Source: Eledone cirrhosa (lineage: Eukaryota). Taken from it: a stretch of DNA of 64,000 nt. The notes beneath the pieces were generated by a model. That model made no database searches. It saw only the letters and a list, made by a program, of their open reading frames with translations, and was not told where the DNA came from. The stretch spans positions 4,898,001-4,962,000 of the forward strand of contig OZ024752.1 of NCBI GenBank assembly GCA_964016885.1, written 5' to 3'. Positions 54,159 through 64,000 of this stretch are shown in pieces; position 1 is the stretch's first letter, and every line of letters begins with the position of its first letter. A program made the position numbers and the translations under genes.

Positions 54159-55523
54159 ATGGTAGAAGGCATATGACCCTACTTGGGTCTATGATAGAAG
54201 GCATATGACCCTACTTGGGTCTATGATAGAAGGCATATGACCCTACTTGGGTCTATGGTAGAAGGCATATGACCCTACTTGGGTCTATGATAGAAGGCAT
54301 ATGACCCTACTTGGGTCTATTGTAGAAGCCATGTGACCCTACTTGGGTCTATGGTAGAAGGCATGTGACCCTACTTTGGTCTATGGTAGAAGGCATATGA
54401 CCCTACTTAGGTCTATGGTAGAAGGCATGTGACCCTACTTGGGTCTATGGTAGAAGGCATGTGACCCTACTTGGGTCTATGGTAGAAGGCATATGACCCT
54501 ACTTGGGTCTATGGTAGAAGGCATATGACTCTACTTGGGTCTATGGTAGAAGGCATGTGACCCTACTTGGGTGTATGGTAGAAGACATTACCCACTTGGG
54601 TCTATGGTAGAAGGCATATGACCCTACTTGGGTCTATTGTAGAAGGCATGTGACCCTACTTGGGTCTATTGTAGAAGGCATATGACCCTACTTGGGTCTA
54701 TGGTAGAAGGCATATGACCCTACTTGGGTCTATGGTAGAAGGCATATGACCCTACTTGGGTCTATTGTAGAAGGCATATGACCCTACTTGGGTCTATGGT
54801 AGAAGGCATATGACCCTACTTGGGTCTATGATAGAAGGCATATGACCCTACTTGGGTCTATTGTAGAAGGCATATGACCCTACTTGGGTCTATGGTAGAA
54901 GGCATATGACCCTTCTTGAATCTATGGTAGAAGGCATGTGACCCTACTTGGGTCTATTGTAGAAGGCATATGACCCTACTTGGGTCTATGGTAGCAGGCA
55001 TGTGACCCTACTTTGGTCTATGGTAGAAGGCATATGACCCTATTTGGGTCTATGGTAGAAGGCATGTGACCCTACTTGGGTGTATGGTAGAAGACATATT
55101 ACCCACTTGGGTCTATGGTAGAAGGCATATGACCCTACTTGGGTCTATTGTAGAAGGCATATGACTCTACTTGGGTCTATGGTAGAAGGCATATGACCCT
55201 ACTTGGGTCTATTGTAGAAGGCATGTGACCCTACTTGGGTGTATGGTAGAAGACATATTACCCTACTTGGGTCTATGGTAGAAGGCATATGACCCTACTT
55301 GGGTCTATTGTAGAAGGCATATGACCCTACTTGGGTCTATTGTAGAAGGCATATGACCCTACTTGGGTCTATGGTAGAAGGCATATGACCCTACTTGGGT
55401 CTATCGTAGAAGGCATATGATCCTACTTGGGTCTATGGTAGAAGGCATATGACCCTACTTGGGTCTATGGTAGAAGGCATGTGACCCTACTTGGGTCTAT
55501 GGTAGAAGGCATGTGACCCTACT
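54159..55523. repeat. 32-bp hairpin-containing minisatellite, ~43 copies
   Basis: Unit ATGGTAGAAGGCATATGACCCTACTTGGGTCT; no spacers. Confidence 0.96.
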
Positions 55524-56579
55524 GCCACACCGTGAGATTGAACCAAGAATGAAGTGATTACCAAACTAAACATCTCCATACAGCCCTGTCTCTGCTTATT
55601 TATTTAGTTACTCATATTATTTATTTGTTTTTCCTTTCTTCCCATTCTTTGTCTCTCTCTCTCAACATCCTCCATTACCAGCCTCAGCTTTATTATCATT
55701 TTTATTATTACTTTTTTTTTTGTAGAAAGATTTCATGAATAATGCAGCAAAACAAAATAAATACAATAAAAAGTGTTTTGTTTTTAAAATAAATACCAAC
55801 AAAAAAAGATGTATTTTTCATCTGTTACACTATATCCATATGTTACATGTTTGTCTTGTGTTACATCAATACAAAAATACATTTGTCTTTATTAAGAAGC
55901 AAAACATTCACTGTTTGAATATAGTCAACAGCAACACAAAACCAAATAAAAAAAAAAAACACATATTAATTGTCCTGTTTGGATATTAGCAAATGGCCTC
56001 AATTTTTTTTCCATTTGTTTTTTTTTTATTTTTTAGGGATATTTTTGTTGTTGGGGATGGGTATAGTTTGTTTAAATTTTGTTCATTTTTTTTTTAATTT
56101 TTAGTTCTCTCCATCCATATTTATTTTCATTTCATTGTTGTTCTTTGTTTTTTTGTTTTCTTTTCTTTTTAATTTCAGCATTGTTTAACTAGTTTAATTT
56201 GAGGCAAAGTGACAATTGCTAGAGTGTATGATTAAATGTCTCATGGTATTTTTCTGGTTCTCAACACACTGAGTTCAAACCCCTCATAAGTCAACTGGTA
56301 TGGAATTGACAGTTGTTAGAACAGGCGAGGACAATCTTTTCCGAGCAGTGGGCTACATAGGATATGATTCACCATAAGACAGGCCACACTGCTAAAACTT
56401 TCATGGCATGCCATTCAAAAATCTAAATGGATTGCTTGTGGCTTGTGAGCCACAGTTTTCCCATGACTGTGTTAGACATAAGTCTTGTGGTAGTTCTTCT
56501 GATTCTTTGCACTCTGAGTTCAAATCCTGCTATGTTCAACATCAACTTTCATCTTTGTTTCAATAAAATAAAATACTAA

Positions 56580-56787
56580 CCCGTTAGCATTTACATTACT
56601 CTATATTTACTATTGTATTTTTGCAGTAAAGACTTTACCTCACATAATATTGAATCTATGAGATTTTGATATTATTTATTTTGAGAACAATATCTTAGCA
56701 TCAGTGTGAGTGGCCAGTTACAGCCAGTTTGAACAGAAAGAGGTGAGAGAATTCTGGCCGGATATGGCTGGTTTAAATGCTAAAGGG
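56580..56787. mobile_element. piggyBac-like MITE
   Basis: TIR CCC(G/T)TTAGCATTTA; flanks ctaa and ttaa; a related end lies at ~45320-45360. Confidence 0.6.
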
Positions 56788-58269
56788 TTAAGGCAGTGGA
56801 TTAATAAAATCGGTAGAGCATCGGACACGATACCTTGCAGTATTTTTTTGCCCTATTGTATTCTAAATTCAAACTCTGCTGCAGCTTACTTGGGCCCTGG
56901 TCTTAACCATTCACTTAGTTAAGCACCACTTGGTTCTTGGGTGCCTTTAATTGGTGCAATTACTCTGTTGCAAACATTCGACGTAGGTTGCCAGTTTGAG
57001 GATTCCTCCCTCCCTCCTACTAGTCAGAAAGGCCCTGAAAATGGACACAAACACTGCTTTTCTTTCCTTGATTAATCAATAAAAAGAATTACCAGGTGTT
57101 TAAATTGTTTATTCATCATTGTATTGTTTGTTGCTTTTTAATAATAATTATTTATTTTGAAAATAACAGAGTTGGGTCAGTTTGAAATTCTTAGAAAATG
57201 TAGAAATCCCAAATGCATAATATGAGTGTAACTGCAGTCGATTGTTATAAATAAGTCTAGAAAACTGTGTAAAATAACCCTATAGATGGAAACAAAATAG
57301 GCTAGCAACTTCCTACAAAGAATTGAACTCTGTACCTCTCAAATTCAGACAGAATTTGAGAGATATCATTTTTCAGTTTGCTTTTTCCATAATATTTTAC
57401 ATGTTATATTTATATATAATACCCTGAAATTCCATTATACCGAAATTCATGGGGTATAAAATAATTTGTTGTGACGAAAAATTCTTTATAACTTGATTGA
57501 CCTAACACATAGAGCATTTGTTTGTTATTACCTCTGGGACTGAAAATAATTCCGTTATACTGAAAAATTCGTTATAATGGTATTATAATGTAATTTTACT
57601 TGTATGTATATTTACAAGTGTCCATCATGTCAATTTGTTGTTTTGTTTTATTTAACCATTCCATGCCATACAACATACTACCATTGTTGGTCTCTTTAAA
57701 TGATTTTTTTTTTATCGCATGGTAGATGAGAAGAGATTGCATGTAATAAGTAATAAATGGCAATTCATTTAGAAAATATAAATTATTCCATCCAGGTGCA
57801 TTCTGTTAAACTATGAATAAAGGAAATGGATGCTCCTCTTCTATCAGTTTCCACTACAAGAGGGCATCTGGGCGTGTCTGTGTAAAGAATATCACACAGT
57901 GTTTTTTTTTTCAATGCACTTGTTTTTCGGCCATGTTTTTTGCCACTCTATCTGTAGTCTTTTTCATAGTTTAATTGTTATTTACTATAGAAGGTTGAAA
58001 TTTGCTTGAAGCATTGAGGTAATTATAGAAAACAGTTGTGTAGAAGACTACAACAATGTAAATAGAACATTAAATATTAAAATAATAATAATGGTGTTGA
58101 AATGTTACCTTGGAAATAATTAATTAGTCCTTTATATTTGGGAAAAATATCAACTAAGCAATACAGAGATATGTGTTTGTTGCTATGGTGGCTTGTTATT
58201 TATTTTTTTTTTTTGCGTGTACTTGCTTTTAAAAAAATTATCAGTCATTTATCACATATCTCACATCCT

Positions 58270-59145
58270 CATCATCATCACTGTTTTACATCGATGTTTC
58301 CACACTAGCATGGGTTAGACGGGTTGTCCAGTTGTGGGCAATGCCAGGTCAGGTGACCGTGTCTTACTCATACAGGACTGATTTTGGCTCGGTTTCTACA
58401 GCTGGATGCCCTTCCTAACACCAACCTCATTTACAGTGAGTGCTGGGTGCTTTTTTACCGTGGTGACTACACGACCACTTTACAGTGTGGACTGGGTGCT
58501 TTTTTGTCTTTAGACCTACACAACCACTTTACAGCAGGAGGGCATGGGGCATATTGTCTATATGCTTCAGCTTTGGCTTGTACCCATGGGAACTCTGGTC
58601 TTCTGTATTATTGCGTAACACCAGAGGTCACGGTCCTGTGTCATTGCCTTTGAGAGGTGCAATTGGGCAAAGTCAGTTTTTATCACCTCATTCCAGGTCT
58701 TCTTGGGTCTCCCCACTCCAAGGCTTCCATCGACTTTTAGTGCTCTTCACCTTTTTATGCAACTGTCATCCTTCTTATGCATCACGTGTCCATACCAACG
58801 CAACCTCCTCTCCTGCACACAACATTCGATTTCTCTTATCCTTAGTCTCTCTTTTAATTCATTGATGCTTTGCCATTCACATATATTACTATTACACATC
58901 CATCAGAGCATGCAGGCTTCATTTCTTTCTAATCTATGCAAGTCTTCTACACACAACGCCCAGGTCTCACTACCATTCAGCATTGCTGTTCGTATGCATG
59001 CATCACACAGTCTGCCTTTCATTTTGAGGGAAAAACCTTTTGTAGCTAGCAATGGTAGAAGCTCCCTGAACTTCTTCCATCCCATTCTTACCCTGTTTAC
59101 TGTACTTTCAGAATCCCACTCCTGTCTACTGTTTCCTAGTTGTTG
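58270..59145 (-). mobile_element. 5'-truncated RTE LINE with tail
   Basis: RVRMGWKKFRELLPLLATKGFSLKMKGRL...GSETW, followed by the shared 3' UTR and (GAT)n. Confidence 0.87.
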
Positions 59146-59224
59146 CACAATGCTTCGTATTAACTATACTACTCTATTTTTTTTTTAATTATTAAAGATT
59201 TTATTTCTTTCTATTTGCATACAG

Positions 59225-59343
59225 GTCGTAGAGGCAGTGCAATGTTTACTCAGGAAGAAATTGAGCAACGTCTACGAGGAATTGTTGTTAATCTTCTTCA
59301 AGGTGAAGCATTTGGACCATCTGCTATAAAAGTCAATTGGCAG
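59225..59343 (+). CDS. robo: Robo-like exon (FN3-1/FN3-2 linker)
   Basis: tacag acceptor and gtaagt donor; RRGSAMFTQEEIEQRLRGIVVNLLQGEAFGPSAIKVNWQ; phase 1 to 0. Confidence 0.88.
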
Positions 59344-59520
59344 GTAAGTGTAACATACACACACAGATCCACATATATACATATGCATCCATACATGGTC
59401 CTGTTACTCCTAAGGGAATCCTAGGGGTGCCGTATTAACATATGGCATTTCTAGGGCTTTTTAAAACCTGCCAGAACCCAATCCTCTCCAGGTCTGAATA
59501 TAACAGATTTCTTCCAGAGA

Positions 59521-60104
59521 AGTATAGAGAGAGTGAGAGAAAGGAAGTGAGAAAGAGATATAGAGAGAGTGAGAGAAAGGAAGTGAAAAAGAGATATAGA
59601 GAGAGTGAGAGAAAGGAAGTGAAAAAGAGATATAGAGAGAGTGAGAGAAAGGAAGTGAGAAAGAGATATAGAGAGAGTGAGAGAAAGGAAGTGAAAAAGA
59701 GATATAGAGAGAGTGAGAGAAAGGAAGTGAAAAAGAGATATAGAGAGAGTGAGAGAAAGGAAGTGAGAAAGAGATATAGAGAGAGTGAGAGAAAGGAAGT
59801 GAGAAAGAGATATAGAGAGAGTGAGAGAAAGGAAGTGAGAAAGAGATATAGAGAGAGTGAGAGAAAGGAAGTGAGAAAGAGATATAGAGAGAGTGAGAGA
59901 AAGGAAGTGAGAAAGAGATATAGAGAGAGTGAGAGAAAGGAAGTGAAAAAGAGATATAGAGAGAGTGAGAAAAAGGAAGTGAGAAAGAGATATAGAGAGA
60001 GTGAGAGAAAGGAAGTGAGAAAGAGATATAGAGAGAGTGAGAGAAAGGAAGTGAGAAAGAGATATAGAGAGAGTGAGAGAAAGGAAGTGAGAAAGAGATA
60101 TAGA
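59521..60104. repeat. 36-bp purine-rich minisatellite, ~16 copies
   Basis: GATATAGAGAGAGTGAGAGAAAGGAAGTGA(G/A)AAAGA. Confidence 0.96.
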
Positions 60105-60835
60105 GGAAAAATTGACCCCAGTACTTGACCTTGAATGGCTGAGAGGCAAAGTTTACCTTGGCATGATTTGAACTCAGAAAACAGAGAGCCAAAACAAATA
60201 ATACAATCATTTTATTCGGCGTTCTAACGACTTTGCTAATTCACCACCTGATATATACATATGTACATAATACATAAACTCATCTCACTTGTATGTTCCA
60301 TCTTTTGCATGATTTCTACTTTTGGATGCCCTTATTAATACCGACAACTTTACAGAGTGTACTGGGTGTATTTTATCAAGGCAAGAGCACTAAAGATGTT
60401 ACTTTATCCTTGGTAAGACTAAATGGTCAACTCGACACCACAGTGGTTAATATAACTCTAAATATTATGTAACAATTTAGTAGAAAATATCTAAAAGGTG
60501 ATTTGTCAATCCAAATGTTAATAATGTCTTTATTGTTGAACAGACCATTTTGAAAATTTGTAGTGATAGAGTAAAACCTTCAATTTTTAATGGTATTCAG
60601 TAATAGTGCTGTTCTTTTCAAGAATGTTTTGCTAATACAGTTTCATATGTTGCAAGATGTTAAAAGTTAAATATAGTATATTTAAAGTGTCTACATTTTT
60701 AGTGACTCAAATATGTGCCACCATCTTTACAAAAATTAAAAAAAGAACTCTGGTGTATCTAGTATATACATTTCACTTAGATATAAAGGTTAAACATTTT
60801 TCCGCCTATATATGCATATATTTTTTTTTTTACAG

Positions 60836-61058
60836 GTCATGAAAGGTCACAATGCTATAGATGGCTTCAAAATAAAATACCGTCGCTCGAAACACAACAG
60901 TGAAATTCATACAATAACAGTAGAAGACCCCACAGCCACGTCGCATCTTATTGAAAACCTTTACAGTCAAACATGGTATGAGATATGCATACGTGCTTAT
61001 GGTGGCAAAGTATTTTCTCAATGCAGTAATCCAATTAAGGTCCACACCAACGAAGGAG
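60836..61058 (+). CDS. robo: Robo-like exon (FN3-2)
   Basis: Polypyrimidine tract with tacag acceptor, gtgag donor; VMKGHNAIDGFKIKYRRS...ENLYSQTWYEICIRAYGGKVFSQCSNPIKVHTNEG; phase 0 to 1. Confidence 0.88.
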
Positions 61059-61859
61059 GTGAGCTTCAAATTCTCTTAGTTCTGTCTATGAACATTTTTT
61101 AAAATAATATTAATATTATTATTTTCTTTCTCTTAGGATATATTATCTGCTTTTCTAACACTATTATCATTGTAGTAAATCTGTGATTGAATTTTTACAT
61201 TTCTAATTTCAAATCATCCAAAGCTTCAATAAATTGTAAGATATATATATCTTACAATTATATTATTATTATTATATATACACCCTTGCAAGCAGGGAAA
61301 AGTGGACGTAAAATGATGATGATGATGATATATATATATTTGCAACAGATGGCAACATGAATAGACCTGTTATCAACTTTTTTCCATTTCCGCCCTGCAC
61401 GTCCCCTCAATCATTCTAATTTCTGATTCTATCTTCTGATGAAGCATTAGTGTCCAAAACGTTAAGACCCTCTTCCTGCACATTAAATTAATATATTTCT
61501 TCCATATACTGTACCATTTGTGTTGTTATTTCTGTTTACCTTTTACATATATCTACTTATATATATAACCAACAATTTCTCTGTCTGTCTGTCCGACAGT
61601 GGAAACACGTGCGTAGAGAGAGAGTGAAAGAAAGAGACAGACTACGAGAGGGGGATAGTGGGGGGGGGGGAGTGAATAGACGCTAAAACACGTGCTACAG
61701 CAACATTACCTTCCCCTCTCCACTGACTTTGGTCACTGAGGCCGAGGGAATCGCGCTGAGCGCGTCATAATGACGTAATGCAGACAGCCAGACATACAGA
61801 CAGATATTATAAGGGCGCAACGTTATATCTATGTATCTATCTAAAAAGAAAGACTAAAA

Positions 61860-62656
61860 ATTATATAGAGAGAACGCTAAATCGCCTAATGCGGTCCCTA
61901 GGGCATTGAAAATTTGAAATAATTTTTGCTCAAAACACTCACAGGACTATAAGTATTACATGTCTAAAGTTTGAAAACAATCGGTTTGATGGTTCTCAAG
62001 TTTTAGTGAGCTGACAGACAGACATTCTCTGTTTTAGATATATAGACTAGCAGAAAACCGCCCCCCCCCCTTCCCAGGTGGTTTTCTGCTAGTCTATATA
62101 TATAAAACTGAGGATATCTGTCTGTGTGTGTGTGAGTTTGAATCCCTAAAACTCGAGAAGTACCCAACCGACTTTTTCAAACTGTACATGTGTATCACTT
62201 ATGTTTCAGGGAGTGTTATGCACATAAAAAAAAATCAACTTTTCATCCCCTAAAGCCTGCAGGTTTTTAGGGGTTTTTTGAGGCGTTACGTCAGACTGAT
62301 TTCCTTGAAATTGTAACTATGTATTAGTCAGTCTCTTCTTCATAACGTGAGCAAAGAAAATCCAACTTTTTTATGGCCTAGGGCCCGCATTAGGTGAAAA
62401 ACTTCATTTTTTTCAGTGTTACGTTTAGCCGATTTTCCCGAAATTTCAAGGCATATTGTGCACATAAAAAAAAATTATTTTCTTGATCCCCTAGGGCCTG
62501 CATTTTTCCTGCTTCATCGAGGAAAATCTTAAAGATTATCCAGCCAGCAGAGTATTCAGTTTATTTAAATATTGTCCAGACATGCAGTTTTTCCACGATT
62601 AGGTCTGTTGGCGGCCCGCGTTCCAAAATACCTTATCCCGTGCAACACCGGGTACC
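61860..62656. mobile_element. Two divergently oriented Helitron-like non-autonomous elements
   Basis: Both start TCTATATAT(A/C)TAAAAC..TCTGTCTG. The + copy ends near CCCGTGCAACACCGGGTAC. Each start is preceded by GGTTTTCTGCTAG. Confidence 0.5.
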
Positions 62657-62893
62657 TGATGATTTCTTTTGAATGAAACAGTTCTAGTCCTGTAGAAGCT
62701 ATTTCTATATTAAACATGATAAATATATATATATATATATCAGCAGCAGTGTTTAACATCCATTTTCCATGCTAGCAGAGGACCTTGTTTTGCTCACACA
62801 GAACTGATTTTGGCTTGGTTTCTATGGTTGGATACCCCTCCTAATGCCAACCATATTTGCAGTGGGTGTGTGTGTATATATATATATATATAT

Positions 62894-63094
62894 AACGAAG
62901 GAAGTGTGGTAAGGAATCAGGTGGACCATAACACACCAGAGTACTCAATACTTAGGGTAGTAAAGTGGGTAATAGGAAAAGAGTCAGGACCCCGACAGCT
63001 GAGCTCTGGCTGTTTCGACAGCTAGATCTGAACTAACGATCTAGCTGTTGAAATGGCCGGAGCTCATCCGTCGGGGTCCTCACTCTTTTCCTAT
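62894..63094 (-). mobile_element. TA-flanked fold-back element
   Basis: 62972-63028 is complementary to 63038-63094; a unique tail runs to 62894; (TA)n on both sides. Confidence 0.65.
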
Positions 63095-63263
63095 ATATAT
63101 ATATAAGCAAAGAATCGTTATTTTAATAAATATTTGCTCTACGGTTCTTATATATCTGATATATATTTATCCTTATCGAGCCCTCTTTGGATTTTAGTCT
63201 TCAATTTTATTATTATTACTATATATATATATATTTGGAATATGAAAGGGCTAGGCATTCTGT

Positions 63264-63320
<57 letters not shown>

Positions 63321-64000
63321 GAAATATTTTGTTTAAAATATACTTATATAATTAATTAATATTTATATGAATTAAAATTAATTATCTATTTACATGAAGA
63401 TGAAACTTTCATTAGTATCCTTATGACTCAGTAAGTTGACTATCAGAATATAGGAATTATTAGTACTAGTATTTTATAGACTTCATGGTGCTGAAAGGTT
63501 AAAGGCAACCCTTAAATAAGACATTACAAGTGAGATAATTATATGGAATGTATAATCTAGGTTTGTTATGCTTAAACCATCTTCTCCTAACCATTGCTAG
63601 GTCTGACTGCTTGGTAAAGTGCTAATTAAATCAGTGGAATTTGCATGTGTATGTATGTATGTGTGTGTGTGTTTGCTTATGTGAGAGTGTGTGTGCTTAT
63701 ATATATGTGTTTTGTATGGTTGTGTGTGTATTTTTGTGTGAGTGTATGTGCTTATATATGTGTTTTGTATGATTGTGTGTGCTTATATATGTGTGTTTTG
63801 TATGGCTGTATGTGTGTTTGGTTAGGCAGTATAAGAAGCCCTGCCATAAAAAGGATCCACAATTGTAACCAATGAGGGTCATAATCAAATTCAATGAACA
63901 ATCATAAGCATGTGTTTGGTTGTGCTAGCAACATTTGGATGGGGCTACATAGAGCAAGTCAGTACTGAACCAACGCCCACCGATGGCCCAAACAGGCCGA

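Noticed and set aside
54159-55523. CRISPR array
   Set aside because: The unit is palindromic and 32 bp, but there are no spacers or cas genes and the context is a eukaryotic intron.
59442-60210. KRYRESERKEV repeat protein
   Set aside because: A purine-rich 36-bp minisatellite; the flanking robo exons already join in phase without it.

Overview
AT-rich animal genomic DNA. The repeat content (tRNA-derived SINEs, RTE LINEs, very long (TA)n tracts) suggests an octopus or other coleoid cephalopod, which is an inference. The only host gene I can support is a Roundabout (Robo)-like axon-guidance receptor on the + strand. Eight phase-compatible GT-AG exons (5226-61058) encode two Ig domains and two FN3 domains, and the gene extends beyond both window ends. 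The introns hold minisatellites, microsatellites, SINEs, RTE fragments, a deleted maT/mariner element and Helitron-like and piggyBac-like MITEs. The main hidden signal is at least a dozen minimal type I hammerhead-ribozyme motifs from roughly ten sequence-unrelated families. Most sit in small elements inserted at (TA)n tracts, and many are arranged as fold-back inverted repeats, including a ~4 kb near-perfect palindrome. Two are terminally redundant ~431-nt and ~305-nt units resembling circular-RNA-derived retrozymes, joined head-to-head. One fold-back element still carries a Penelope-like GIY-YIG endonuclease, the likely mobilising partner. Ribozyme folds were read by eye and activity is untested. 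Nearly all long ORFs in the supplied track are repeat artefacts.
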